A DNA stretch of 63,855 nucleotides, the filler included. It is 14 parts of 14 records of this genome, joined end to end, with 100 filler letters (N's around TTAATTAATTAA, not from the genome) between each part and the next. Parts side by side here need not be neighbours in the genome. Positions count along the whole stretch, not along the records: positions 42,336 to 47,575 come from SRR7504441_16830; positions 47,676 to 52,046 come from SRR7504441_16831; positions 52,147 to 56,166 come from SRR7504441_16839; 11 more parts are not named here. The stretch is one strand, 5' to 3'. Below, piece after piece: positions 44,552-56,266 of this stretch. A program made the position numbers and the translations under genes. The notes under the pieces are model-generated. The model worked only from the letters and a program-made list of their open reading frames with translations, did no database searches and had not been told where the DNA came from. Position 1 is the first letter of the stretch, and each line of letters opens with the position of its first letter.

Positions 44552-47489
44552 TTATTGCTTCAATTCAACACCGAGAATCTTATTTGCCACCTCGAGGACA
44601 TCTGTGCTGATTTTCGGATCAGCCGACAGCGTTTCTAGTTGTTGCTTCATTTGGGCTTGTCGGGGTTCGTCATAAATCTGCCATTGTGCAAACGCGGCCC
44701 GCGTGAGCTGCGACCCCAGCTGCGGGTTCAATGGCGCTAGCCGGGCTACTTCTCGGCCAATCAGCTCATATCCTGACCCATCAGTCTGGTGGAAGGCTTT
44801 GGCATTGGACATCAGCCCGCCTAACAAAGCCCTCACCTTATTAGGATTGTTACCATCATAGTCGGCATGCTGCGTCAGCTCAGGCACGACGCTTGCCACG
44901 GTGTCGCTTCGGCGGGTCAGCGCTGCCTGGGTTCGAAACCATGTGTCCAGAACTAAATCGTCTCCCGCAGCAAACTCGAAGAACTTGTCAACAGCTGCAC
45001 TTCGAGCCGACTCAACTGGGCTGCCACAGAGCACTGAAAAGGCACCAAGCCTGTCTGTCATATTGTTCGAAGTAATCAGCTGCGACGTCGCTTGCTCGGC
45101 CACAGACTCTGCCTTAGTCGTGTCTTCACGATCGGCTGCGAGCAAGCGCAGCGCTAGATGGCGCATGCTCCGCTGCCCCACTGCTTCCGGATCAGAAAAG
45201 GAGTATGGCTGCGCCAAGGCTGGCTCCAGATCAGAGTACAGCTGCTGAATCTCGGGGTGCATCGCGCCAGAGACTAGCTCGGTGACAGCATCAGCAGCGT
45301 CGCAGAACTGGACTGGGTCAAAAGACCCTTGGTTGGCCTTGATCCTAGCGGACATCACGGAGGCAGAAGGGAGTGTCAAGGCAAAAGCCCGAAACTGGTC
45401 ATCCAGGCAAGCGTCTCTGAATATAGATCCCCAAACGCTGAAGAGCTCGTTGGTATCCTGGTCGCTCAGTGTGCTGCTGTAAGCTGTTTCGAGTTTGCGC
45501 TTGAAAATCTCCTGAGCTGCTGCCCATCGATTGTATGGATCTGTATCAAACCTTGATAGGAACGCCAGCTCGTCATTTGTCTGTGGCGTGGCGAACTCAA
45601 GGTTGACCGGTGCAGAAAAGCCCCGCAGTATGGATGGAATGATACTCTCGTCACTGCCCAGCGCAGTCTCTACAGGCACGTGGAATGTCTGCTGTGGCTC
45701 CTTTAGAACTAACACCCGAGTGGGGGCGATTTCTTCACCAGAAACTCCCTCCGAGGTTGTTCTGCTAGCAAGCATACCCACGCTCACAGGAATCACAAAG
45801 GGCTTCGCACTGGGCTTTGTCTGTTGGCTCAATGTAATCTGGACCTCCTTACTGGTCGCATCCAGTTTGCATTCTTCAACTTTCACAGTCGGGGTCCCAG
45901 CCTGGCTGTACCATCTTTCGAACTGGCTGAGGTCGTGCTCATTACTGTCTGCCATCGCACTCCTAAAGTCATCACATGTCACAGCCTCGCCGTCATGCCG
46001 CGCGAAATAGAGGTCCATTCCTTTACGGAACCCAGCCTCTCCCAACAAGGTCTCATACATTCTCACCACCTCGGCTCCCTTCTCGTAAACTGCACCACCG
46101 GCGCTCAGCACATCAAGCACTGAGCTGCCTCGCCTGTGCTGGTGTAGAAGTTATCAATTGCGACATAACTCTCCGGTCGGATTGGGTGGCTCAGCGGTCC
46201 GGAATCCTCGAGGAACTGGCGGGACTGCAGAGCCAGCACTTGTTCGATCCGGCTGACAGCTGCAGCCGACGCGCTGCCCATCATCTCCTCGGTGAACCTT
46301 TGGTCTCGGTAGACAGTTAGGCCTTCCTTGAGCGTCAGCTGGAACCAATCCCGTACTGTGACCCTGTTGCCGGTCCAGTTGTGAAAGTACTCGTGCGCGA
46401 TGATTCCCTGCCGCCGCCACACCTAAAGCGCGGTACATGAGAGCCTAAACCCACCTCGATTCGTCTGAATGCCGAGTCAGTCGCAGTCTCTGGTGTGGCC
46501 AGTGTTGCGGATGTGTTGAACACGTTGAGGCCCTTGTTCTCCATCGCACCCATGTTGAAGTCGGACACGGCAACGATGTTGTACATGTCCAGGTCGCACT
46601 CCAGTCCAAATTTTCGCTCGTCCCACTCCATTGCCCTTCATAAATACTGTCAAAACTAATCTATCAACGCGCCTTACCGTTTGAGCGAAGCCATCGCGTG
46701 CTCCAGCTGGCCGCTGTACCTGTGCTCCGTGAACAGCCCGAGCTGCACCCGCCGCCCCGATCCGGTGTCGAACGCCCCTTTCAGCTCAAATAAGTCCCCC
46801 GCCACCAGCGCGAACAGGTACGAAGGCTTGGGAAACGGATCTGTCCACTCAGCCCAGTGCCTCCCGTCTGGGAGCTCGCCAGCAGCAGTACGGTTGCCGT
46901 TGGACAGCAGCACCGGGAAGCGCTCCTTGCACGCCTCCAGCCGGACATTGTACGTGGAAAGCACGTCGGGCCGGTCGTAGGCGTATGTAATACGCCGAAA
47001 CCCCTCGGCCTCGCACTGTGTGCAGAAGCTACTGCTCGAGTAGTAAAGCCCCGAGAGCTCGCTGTTGTCCACCGGGCGCAGGCTGGTCTCAACAGTCAGC
47101 TCGAAGCTCTCTGGGAGCTCCGCAAGCAGCGTCAGCTCGTTTTCGTGCACCGAGAACTGGTCTGCCCCGAGCGACACCCCGTCCAGCGCCACCGAGCGCA
47201 GCGCCAGGATGGACCGGTCACCGCTAAGCGTGAGGGTGCGGGGACGGCCGGCCCTGTGCCGGAACCTCGAGGTGGCCGTCACCTGCGTCTCGTCCCCGAG
47301 GGCGAACCGAAGGTCAACGTGCGAGACTGTGAAGTTGGTCGGCTGCCAGTCGGCCCGCCGGACCACCATCGGCGCCGTGGGCGCCTGACGGGCTGCCGCG
47401 GTAGCCATCGGCCGCTGCGCGCACGGCCGGATCCGGTGGGCAGCCCCGATGGGGCACCGCCTGAGCAGCCCCTGCAGCGCCCGCCGCAT
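44552..47489 (-). CDS. pepN: Aminopeptidase N (M1 family, PepN-type) with organellar presequence
   Basis: [49 protein letters not shown]...[26 protein letters not shown]; three introns of 42, 47 and 44 nt. Confidence 0.95.
46090..46133 (-). other. GC-AG intron (44 nt), aminopeptidase N
   Basis: Removal restores [14 protein letters not shown]. Confidence 0.9.
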
Positions 47490-47575
47490 CGTTCCTGAAG
47501 CCGAGGCCGGCGTAAATTTCGTTGGAAGTCTGCTGGGAGGTGCATCGGTACGTACGAAAATGGCCCGTCCTCCTG

Positions 47576-47675
47576 NNNNNNNNNNNNNNNNNNNNNNNNN
47601 NNNNNNNNNNNNNNNNNNNTTAATTAATTAANNNNNNNNNNNNNNNNNNNNNNNNNNNNNNNNNNNNNNNNNNNN
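47576..47675. other. Artificial contig spacer
   Basis: N44-TTAATTAATTAA-N44. Confidence 0.98.
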
Positions 47676-48573
47676 AGTAGCCTGGCACATGCCTGGAGGG
47701 AGAGCACCTTGTCGGCTGGGATGAGCGAGGCCCGCAGGTCCAAGCGCGCCAGGGTCCCCTCTTCCCGGGTACGATCTGTCCTCTATCGATCTGAGCGGCC
47801 GCACCGCTAGGTTCGCCAGGCCGATCTGGGGTACCAAAACCCACCCCCGCTCGCTTCCCACACCCGCCCGAGCCAGAGGCGTCGGACCACCGTGCAGTCG
47901 CGTCGTGCCGGCTCGCAAAGCTCGCCCGACAGCTTCCTTAGCTCGCCCGAGGGACTCGCAAAGATCGAACGGCTCGAGGCGCAGGTAGAGCGCTGGGCAC
48001 ACGGCGGGGCTTACCCGCGCGGCCGATAGATCGAACAGTTTGGATGCGTGCTCGAACAGATCGAGGAGAGGCGCCGCCATCTGGGTGTCGAGCTGTCCCA
48101 GCTGTCTCAGGAGCAGCTGGCTGCGGTGCCGACCGCGGCCGGCAGGTCGATGATTGGAGGACCGGCAGGTGTGTAGCGCTTGCCCGGCCGTAGTCTCAGC
48201 TGAGAGCCGAGCCGGAGTCCGCACCATCGACTTGGAGACCATGTCGCTGGACAGCATGGACCTGCTCAATCGCCAGACTGCGGCTCTGTCTTCAACCACC
48301 GCGAAGGACTTGGCTCCGATGGCACAGCAGCTCTTCCGAGAGGTCGGCTACCAGGCGAAGCACCAACATCGCGGTGCAGTACCCGCTGAACGCGCCCCTC
48401 TGCCTGTGCCTCTGCCGCTGGAACCGGCTGGATGTACGCCAGCGGCTGTCGAGCGCACCACGCCAGTAGCTGCCACACAAACCAGCGAGCTCAAGGAAAG
48501 CGAATCTAGCAGCTCGTCCTCTTCGAGTTCCAGTGATTCGTCTTCCTCGTCCTCATCCTCGTCATCTGAGTGA
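47676..48573 (+). CDS. 3' part of a BET-like protein (ET/NET domain + Ser-rich tail)
   Basis: After removing 45-nt and 43-nt introns: ERRRHLGVELSQLSQEQLAAV...TIDLETMSLDSMDLL (ET-like), then a poly-Ser SEED-like tail. Confidence 0.5.
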
Positions 48574-48829
48574 GGCTAGAATACCTCGTTTCTTAGCCTG
48601 CCGACACTGTATCATAAGCCAAATCGCCACTGACCGGCTCATCGCGGATCAAAAGTCACTAGTCACGATCTAGTCACGATCCCTACATCTTCAAAATTAA
48701 TCTAATGTATATAATTTATATATATAGTACCAGTTACCGGTATACCGTACCCCGTGCTGGCTAGGTTTACTCGTACATGATTGTACAATTCAATAAATGC
48801 TAGTACAGAGGACTTGTAAATACTCGTAT

Positions 48830-51727
48830 CTATCTATCATTAACTTGAAGTTCATGCTCTCTATCCGGGTATCGGCGGTGATCGCGGCGATCCGGTAGTT
48901 GGCAACAAACTGCATCCCCAAACCCACACTCAGCCCCACGCCCGAGCAGGCCGGCAGCGCACCTCCGCGGCGGAGGGCCGAGCAGCGACTCAAGGAATTC
49001 TCGCTTGCTGGCGGCCGAGGCTGCGAGAGAAGTTGGTCTGGCAGGGAGGCTAGCAGGCTCAGGCCTCGCAGCCGACTCGGGCTGGGTGAGCTTGGCCAGC
49101 TGGTCTCGTGTGTGCTTCAACTCGTCGGCCAGTTTGAGCGCCACCCGCTGCAGCGTCCGCTCGGTCGCAGAGCTCGAGCAGGCCTGCGGCGCCTGCTCAA
49201 TCTGAGCTTTGTGCTCCTCGCAGGCCAACTCAAGTTGCAGTCGGGAGGCCACAATCTCAGCCTCGGCCGCCGTCGCACGAGCCTCGCTCTCGAGCAGCTG
49301 CTGCCGTAACTCGCCTTGCTCTTGCGCCTTGCTCGAGCAGGCCCGCCACCGGTGCTCCTGCAGCTCACGCTGGGCGGCGGCTGAGGCTTGTGCGAGCGCG
49401 GTTGCTTGGGCTTTCCCCTGCTCGATCTGCTCGGCCAGACCGGCCAGCTGCTGCTCACTAGACTCAGCCTTGCGCCGCCAGCTCTCGAGCTGCTCGGTCA
49501 GCCGGCTGGTCTGAGCTGCCACCAATTTCTCCAGATTTGACCGCTCCCTCGTCGTCTGGTCCAGCTCGGCCCGCAGCAGCAGCCCCGCCGCTTGCTCCTC
49601 CCGCCTCAGCCCACGCTCGCGCTCCAGCTCTGTCCTGTCCGGACTAGCCGGCCGCCTCTGCTCCAGGCGCTGCTGGTAGAGTGCAGTGGCCACCTCCATG
49701 TATTGGCCGGTCACGTCCATGAAGTCGGGCAACGGGCGGGCAGCGTGCAGCTTGAGGTAATATTGTACAAACTCCTGCCAATTGACCTTGCCATCCCCGT
49801 CTGTGTCCAACCGCTTGACCAGCCTCTCGTTCTTCTCCTCGGTCCACTCACCCTTCTTGTGCCCGAGCTTCCGCCGCTGCTGCCCGATCGAGCGGAGCTC
49901 CTCCACGTCGATCGACCCGTCGCTGTCCAGATCAAACATCCCAAAAACTCGCTTGAGCATCAACTCTCGCTGGGCACTCTCCGTCGCTGGAGAGCTCACC
50001 GGCCTTTTCTTGCTGGGCGAGGGTGTAGTCTGAGTGTTGATCGACTGCCGCTCGCTCAGCTGGCTCACCTGCTCCGAGAGGTGCGCTTCCATCTGAGAAA
50101 TCTCCTGTTTGAGCTGCCCATTTGACCTGACTGCCCGGCCCAGCTTGGTGTCTACCGCCCCCTTCAGCCGCTTGAGTTCCTTGACGCTATCTAGCGCACT
50201 GTCCCGCTCTTGCTCGGCCACCTTAAGTCGCTCTGCCATCTCTTCCCACGTCTCTCTCGCAGCCCTCGCCTCGCCGCGTGCCTTGTTTATCTCGAGCCTT
50301 GCTTTGCTCAGCTGATTCGCCTGCGCCTTGGAGCTGCTCTCGGCCCCCTGCAGCTGGTCAATCACCTGCTTCAACTCCTCCAGCTCGGCGTTCGCTAGAC
50401 TCGCGTCACTCAGTGCCTGCGACAGCTGGGTCCGGTGCCGTTTCTCTGCCGCGGCCATACGATCCTTGATCCCGTCCAGTTCGGCCTCCTTCTCCAGCGC
50501 CTCGAATATCTTAACCTCATCCGCCTGCCGCTGCACCTCAGCCGCCTCCAGCTCCGACCGGGCAGTCTCCAGTTGGGCACGTAGCTCCACAAGCCGCGGT
50601 CCAGGTGGGCTGCCGGCACCCAGCTGCTCTTTGAGCCTTGCAGTCTCCGCAGTCAGCTGCTCGACCCGTGCCCGACTGGCCTCGAGCTCGCTAGACTGCG
50701 CCGCTTCGCTCTCTTGCAACGCTCGCAGCTGGACTTCAAACTCCGCCAAGGCTTCAGCCGGCGGCCCGGCAGCCAGCGCGGCTCGCATCTCCTCCCGATG
50801 ATGCTGCTCCGCCTCAGCCAGCTGCGCCGCGTACCGCTGTTCGGCCTCGGCCAGCTCGCGCTCATGCTTCTCCTTGAGCTTGCCGTGCATCGCGGCTGTC
50901 TTGGAATACTTGGCCTTGAGATTGTCCTTGGCTGAGAGCAAAGGCTCCTTGCTCACTCCCTCCAGCTGACTCTTGAGCTCAGCACACCGGCCCTCAGCCG
51001 CGGCCGCCTCGGCCTCCGCCTTGGCCTTGCCGGTCTCCATCAAAATGAACTCGTCCCCTAGCTGCTCGAGAGTCCGTTCCAGCTTAGCTTGCTCAGCCAT
51101 CAGCACCTGGTTGGCCTCGCGCAGCCGGCACAACTCACTCAGCTCGTGCTGGGCAGCCCGGTCTGCGGATCCCGGCCCGACTGGCGCCTCCTCGGAGGCC
51201 GCGACCGCGCTGCTCGATTCGGAATCGCCGTGCTGGGCAGCCGGCTGGCAGGGCTCGATGCCCGCGGTCTGCAGCTGGGTGCGGAGCCGCTCGCACGCGT
51301 CCAGCGCATCCTTGCGCTCCTGCACCATCTTGCCGGCGTACCCGGACCATTTGTCCTTGGCCTGCTCGGCCACGGCCAGCTTGTTCTCCAGCTCCGCCAG
51401 CTGACCCCGGGCCGCCTGCTCCCCCGCCCGGGCCGCAGCCAGCTGGCCCAGCGCTGCCTCCAGCTGGCTCTGCAGCGATTCGTCTGCCCCCGGTCGGTCG
51501 GCAGCCTCCGGACTGGCCGGGTCGGTCTGGCGCTGCAGCGGTTCGGCTGCCCGCGGTTGGCGCACAGGCTCCGGGCTGGTTGTCGGGCTGGAAAACAGCC
51601 GCTGGGCCCGCTCCATCCACTCGTTCGAGAAGCCGTGCGAAGACTCGTCGGTGACCCCTGAGGATGCCAGCTTGTTCGCCAGCGCCTTGTTGGCCGCCCG
51701 GGCCTCGCTCAGAGAACGAATCGGCAT
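48830..51727 (-). CDS. Coiled-coil protein with an EF-hand pair
   Basis: Long heptad ORF; FDLDSDGSIDVEEL and LDTDGDGKVNWQEF. The exact 3' end is uncertain because there is probably a last intron. Confidence 0.85.
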   Translation of the reverse strand: MPIRSLSEARAANKALANKLASSGVTDESSHGFSNEWMERAQRLFSSPTTSPEPVRQPRAAEPLQRQTDPASPEAADRPGADESLQSQLEAALGQLAAARAGEQAARGQLAELENKLAVAEQAKDKWSGYAGKMVQERKDALDACERLRTQLQTAGIEPCQPAAQHGDSESSSAVAASEEAPVGPGSADRAAQHELSELCRLREANQVLMAEQAKLERTLEQLGDEFILMETGKAKAEAEAAAAEGRCAELKSQLEGVSKEPLLSAKDNLKAKYSKTAAMHGKLKEKHERELAEAEQRYAAQLAEAEQHHREEMRAALAAGPPAEALAEFEVQLRALQESEAAQSSELEASRARVEQLTAETARLKEQLGAGSPPGPRLVELRAQLETARSELEAAEVQRQADEVKIFEALEKEAELDGIKDRMAAAEKRHRTQLSQALSDASLANAELEELKQVIDQLQGAESSSKAQANQLSKARLEINKARGEARAARETWEEMAERLKVAEQERDSALDSVKELKRLKGAVDTKLGRAVRSNGQLKQEISQMEAHLSEQVSQLSERQSINTQTTPSPSKKRPVSSPATESAQRELMLKRVFGMFDLDSDGSIDVEELRSIGQQRRKLGHKKGEWTEEKNERLVKRLDTDGDGKVNWQEFVQYYLKLHAARPLPDFMDVTGQYMEVATALYQQRLEQRRPASPDRTELERERGLRREEQAAGLLLRAELDQTTRERSNLEKLVAAQTSRLTEQLESWRRKAESSEQQLAGLAEQIEQGKAQATALAQASAAAQRELQEHRWRACSSKAQEQGELRQQLLESEARATAAEAEIVASRLQLELACEEHKAQIEQAPQACSSSATERTLQRVALKLADELKHTRDQLAKLTQPESAARPEPASLPARPTSLAASAASKREFLESLLGPPPRRCAAGLLGRGAECGFGDAVCCQLPDRRDHRRYPDREHELQVNDR

Positions 51728-51767
51728 CGTTTGATCAGACCTTCGGAATGATCGGCATTGTTTGATC
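51720..51767. repeat. 17-nt direct repeat (atcggcatYgtttgatc, period 31) duplicating the start-codon context
   Basis: Copies at 51720-51736 and 51751-51767, one mismatch. Confidence 0.85.
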
Positions 51768-51822
51768 GAAGGCAAAAAAATAAAATAAAAAGGCCGTCAG
51801 CTGGCCGTTGGACCTTTCTCAA

Positions 51823-52046
51823 ATGTCCTCATCACGTGGGCTGCTGGTGTTGGCGGCGCTGGTGCTGCTGACCTGTTCCGCCGACCCGGCTCCCTCGCAG
51901 CCCGCAGAAGGATCGCCTTCTCCGCCGACCACTCCGGACGAGACGCTGGATAAGGTGAAGCAGGCCGCCCAAGGAGACGCAACGCGTGGTCCTAGGAGGA
52001 CTGACGACGACGATGAAGGCACCGGACGAGATGAGCAGCAAGGAGC
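51823..52046 (+). CDS. 5' fragment of a secreted protein
   Basis: MSSSRGLLVLAALVLLTCSA signal peptide; cut by the spacer. Confidence 0.6.
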
Positions 52047-52146
52047 NNNNNNNNNNNNNNNNNNNNNNNNNNNNNNNNNNNNNNNNNNNNTTAATTAATT
52101 AANNNNNNNNNNNNNNNNNNNNNNNNNNNNNNNNNNNNNNNNNNNN
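52047..52146. other. Artificial contig spacer
   Basis: N44-TTAATTAATTAA-N44. Confidence 0.98.
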
Positions 52147-54938
52147 CGAGCGCTCTCAGGCCACAGATTCTACGGCCCGGCCGCTCTCAGGCCACAGATT
52201 AGTTGCCTGCAGCTGTGGCGAGCAGTTCTTCTTGGCGTACAGGATGTACTTGCTCAAAAGCTCCTGGGGAATGATGTCTGGATCCTTCTCCTTGGCCACT
52301 TGCGGCTCAGCCACTGCGTCGAAGTCCGGGTGGCTCCTCCGATGGCTCAGCATCACCTGCCACCCACTACAGCACAGCCCAGCCGGCAGCCGCACGTGCT
52401 CGGCCAGCCGCTGGTCCTTGTCCGGATCGACGGTGTCTTGCACCACGCACAGCACGTCGAAGCGCGACAGGATCGGCTCGGTCAGGTTCACGTTGTTGGC
52501 AAAGCTCTCAGACAGGTCGTACCGGCCACGGACTGGATTGGCGGCGGCCACCACCGAGCACCGGGCCTGGAGCGAGGTGATGATCCCGGCCTTTGAGATC
52601 GATATGCTCTGCTGCTCCATCGCCTCGTGGATCGACACGCTGCCGTCAGTTAGATCTGGCTAGAGGCTCGGAGCACCGGTCCGAATCATTCATCTTGTCA
52701 AACTCATCAATCAGGCAAGTCCCGTTGTCGGCCAGCACCAGCGCCCCGCCCTCGAGCGTCCACTCGCGAGTAACTTGATCCCGACGGACTGCCGCAGTCA
52801 GACCTACTGCTGAGGCTCCCTGCCCAGTGGTGTACACAGCCCGGTGTCCCAGCTGCTCCACATACCTGCACCCCGTCAGCCCAGGCACTGCCCGCCGCAG
52901 CCCACTTGAGGAACTGACTCTTGGCCATCCCGGGGTCGCCCAGGATCAGCACATTGATGTCGCCCCGCAGTCTGTGGCCATTGGACGCGTTCTTGGGCAC
53001 CCCCCCGAACAGCGCGCATGCGAGCGCGGTCTTGATCCCGCTATGCCCGAAGATGGACGGCGCGATCGACTTGACGATCCGGTCGACGATCCTTGGGTCC
53101 TGGGCGAGTTGCCGGATCTTGGCCTCATCCTCCTCCGACATCGAGCTTAGCACGGCCGCGTCCTTCTTCTTGATGTGATTAGCCTCGAGCACAGTCGCAA
53201 ACACTGTTAAGAGCTCATTGCCTAATCGGGCGGAAGTGTTAACCTGGGAAGCCGTTCATCTTGCGCGAGACGCCGTCGAAGGTGTTCATGTACACTCCTG
53301 TAACCTCGACCTCTTCACCGGGCCGCGCACTGTCCACGAGGTCGTTCAGCACAATCACGTCTTTGGTCCGTGGCAGCCGGCCGGCAGGGACTGTGCCGGG
53401 ACTCTCCTGCAGGGTGAGCTTCTGGTAGTTCCGGTAGACGGTCTGCTCAATGTTAATGGGGAAGCAGCTCTTCGACTTGTGCGAGCACTCGGGGCAAGAG
53501 TTCATCCGGACAGGCTCAGACGAGGTCTGCACGATCGGCTCACTCACATACCTAGCCCGACCGATCGGCCCGCCCGACTGGGCTGCCGGCACCCGCATTT
53601 GGGGCAGTCGAACTTGACGGCCTTGAGCTGCGGGTAGACGGAGGTCCGCCTGGTCACCACTCCAGACACCTGCAGGCAGTCAGCAGCTGCCGGGTGGGCC
53701 AAATGACCTTGATCAGCGTGTTCAGGTGGATCTTGCGGATATCCCGGAGCGAGTCGCAGATCGGCAGCTCCGAGATCCGCACGTGGATCTCTTTCGTGAT
53801 CTCGGTATAGCTACCCCGCCGGCTCAGCCAGCAGCACCAATGATCATCTGCACCGCGGGAAGTGGTTTTTGAGTACTTCGCTCATGGCTGTATCCCCGAA
53901 GATCCCGAGCATCTGCTTGGGCGCGTCTGCCCGCCGGGCTCTCTCCCGCCTGCCAGCCGCGCGCACCGGCCACGTATACGGCGAGCGTCGGTGCCCTCCG
54001 CGAGAGTTCCATAAAAGATACCTCAAGGCTTTGGCCGTTGGCTGCCCGCCGCTCAGCCCGGGCCGGCCCCAGTCGGCACCGGCGCACATGTCCTTAATCC
54101 GTTGGTCGTACACCAGCTGCCCAGCCCACTTGAACTCTCGGATGAACTTCCGGAACTGGCGTCGGATCTCCTTGGTGACAGCCTCCTGCAGCTGGCTCGA
54201 CCCGAGCGCGGCCGGCGGGCAAGGCTGCCTGGACCACCCACAGGTGCAGCGGGCCCTGGGTCTCGTCTAGGTTGACACCCTCGTCCACCTCCTGTCAGCC
54301 AGCGCTCACCACCCACCGATGCCCGGCCCACCTCGTCAGGGTCCTCCTCCTCCTCCTCCGCACCGTCGGTCGGCTCCCGGGCCACACGCCGACGCACGAT
54401 CGGCCGTTGGTACTCCTCGTCCTCCTCTGCCGCCACCGGCTCGCGCTCGGGGCCATCGGCAGCCCACCGTCGTCGTCCGCGAACGCTTGCGGCCGGCGCA
54501 TGCCACTAGCCTCGGCCGTGCGGTCCCGCTTGCGCAGCTCGTACTCGGCGCGCATCCGTTGGGCGTGCGTCTGCCCCGGGCTCGGGCCGTGGGCCCCGGG
54601 CCTGGCCGGACCATCGCGCGCTGGTTGCGGTCGTCGATCTGATCCGCTTCGTATCTGTCGAGCTTCTCGATCCGCTCGTAGTCGCTGCGGCGGCTCAGCC
54701 GACCCCGCGGGCACAGGGGCACCGCTCGAGCGTGTCCGCCAGGTCCTCGCCCTCCTCCTCCTCCTCCATGGTCTGGAAAGCCTCGGCCTGTCCGCACCGC
54801 TCACCCGCCGGTCGCCCGGCCGGCCGGCGCCTGGGTGTCGATCTCGTTGTCCTCCATGGCCATGTCATCTTCCTGCTCGGCAGCCGGCTCCTCCTGCCAG
54901 TCGTCCTGCCCGCTCACCGCGCCGTCGTCCGAGTCCAT
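52147..54938 (-). CDS. MCM2: DNA replication licensing factor MCM2, 5' three quarters
   Basis: EEGEDL...[12 protein letters not shown] (histone-binding region), [61 protein letters not shown]; 15 complete introns of about 37-43 nt. Confidence 0.97.
54186..54228 (-). other. GC-AG intron (43 nt), MCM2
   Basis: Removal gives [21 protein letters not shown]. Confidence 0.85.
54788..54830 (-). other. GC-AG intron (43 nt), MCM2 first intron
   Basis: CAG|GCGCCG...GTGAGcggtgcggaCAG; joins the acidic N-terminus to EEEGEDL in frame. Confidence 0.8.
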
Positions 54939-55015
54939 CGCTCACGATCGCCGCAGTGCTCCGCACCTAGGCAAGGCCCCACTTTTTGAATGTCCCGCCA
55001 TAACGGACGATCACG

Positions 55016-56002
55016 ATGGGTTGGCTCCAACAGCTGGCGTACGGCACCCTGCCGACGCCCTTCTTCGAGCTGGACGGAGGGCTGGCGCCGGAGCAGATGA
55101 TGCGGTGCGCCCCGGGCCCAGCGCTAGTGCTGGCCGGGCTCGGGCTGGTCGCCCTTGGGCTGGCTGGGGCTCGGGCCGCCGGGATCCCCTTGGCGGCGGC
55201 CGCTGCGCCTGTGCTGGTGCACTGGGTTCTATTCCTGGCGCACGGGCTGCCCAAGAGGAGCGAGAAGCTGTTCGATCTGGCTGGGCAGCTCGGCTTCGCG
55301 GCCATGACCACGGCCGGGCTGCTGGCGGCCGAGGGCGAGCTGGGCTGGCGGGTGGTGGCCGGCCAGCTGATGGCGTACTGCTGGGGCATCCGGCTTGGGG
55401 GGTTCCTGTTCTGCCGCTGGCTGGAGCGGCGGGCCGACTTTAGGTTCGTCGAGGCCCGGGGGCACCAAGCGTACTGCTTCTTCGCTTGGAGCGCGCAGGC
55501 GGTCTGGTGCCTCCCGGTAGGGGCGCCGTTGCTGCTGCTCCAGCTCCAGCCAGCCGGGTCGGAGCCCGGGCCCGGGCTGTGCACTTGGCTCGGGCTGCTC
55601 TTCTACCTGGCCGGGCTCGTGATCGAAGCTCTGGCTGATCAGCAGAAGCTAGCGTTCAACAGAGACCTTCAGGCCAAACAGCTGCCGAGCCGATGGATCG
55701 ACTGCGGGCTCTGGCGGCACTCGCGCCACCCAAACTACTTTGGCGAGTGTCTGCTCTGGCTGGGGGTTTACTTATTCTGCCTGCCCGGGCTGTCCGGGCA
55801 TGCACGGCTGGCGGGGGCAACCTCGCCAGTGTTCGCTGCTGTGTTCCTGATGCAGACTTCGCTGCCCTGGCTGGAGGCGGAGGCGGACCGGCGGTTCAGA
55901 GCCCATCCCGAGTACTGGGCTTACAAGGCCCAGACTGCAGCCTTCTTGCTATTGCCTAGGCGAGAGCTCGCAACCAAGATGCTCCGCAAGAGGTACACAT
56001 GA
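55016..56002 (+). CDS. DUF1295 / steroid 5-alpha-reductase-like membrane protein; intronless
   Basis: SEKLFDLAG, WGIRLGGFLF, DFRF, EALADQQK, GLWRHSRHPNYFGE. Confidence 0.9.
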   Translation: MGWLQQLAYGTLPTPFFELDGGLAPEQMMRCAPGPALVLAGLGLVALGLAGARAAGIPLAAAAAPVLVHWVLFLAHGLPKRSEKLFDLAGQLGFAAMTTAGLLAAEGELGWRVVAGQLMAYCWGIRLGGFLFCRWLERRADFRFVEARGHQAYCFFAWSAQAVWCLPVGAPLLLLQLQPAGSEPGPGLCTWLGLLFYLAGLVIEALADQQKLAFNRDLQAKQLPSRWIDCGLWRHSRHPNYFGECLLWLGVYLFCLPGLSGHARLAGATSPVFAAVFLMQTSLPWLEAEADRRFRAHPEYWAYKAQTAAFLLLPRRELATKMLRKRYT

Positions 56003-56166
56003 GGCATCGTTTGTCGTGACTACTAGTATAGTAAACTTGTTTGCATCAGTTCAATGAATACAAGTCATGTATACTCGTACTGTGCGAGTACGGTACGCCG
56101 TTGCACTGTGCATCTGGAAGGGAGGCGTGCATATGGGCGTGCACCGGGTGAACAAATGGGTCAAGA

Positions 56167-56266
56167 NNNNNNNNNNNNNNNNNNNNNNNNNNNNNNNNNN
56201 NNNNNNNNNNTTAATTAATTAANNNNNNNNNNNNNNNNNNNNNNNNNNNNNNNNNNNNNNNNNNNN
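56167..56266. other. Artificial contig spacer
   Basis: N44-TTAATTAATTAA-N44. Confidence 0.98.

Noticed and set aside
52151-52200. 19-nt direct repeat (cgctctcaggccacagatt) in the last MCM2 intron
   Set aside because: It lies at a contig end, so it may be an assembly artefact and cannot be interpreted.
3693-56266. 13 copies of TTAATTAATTAA flanked by Ns as a biological repeat
   Set aside because: Identical 100-nt spacers with six-frame stops are assembly concatenation linkers, so gene adjacency across them is meaningless.
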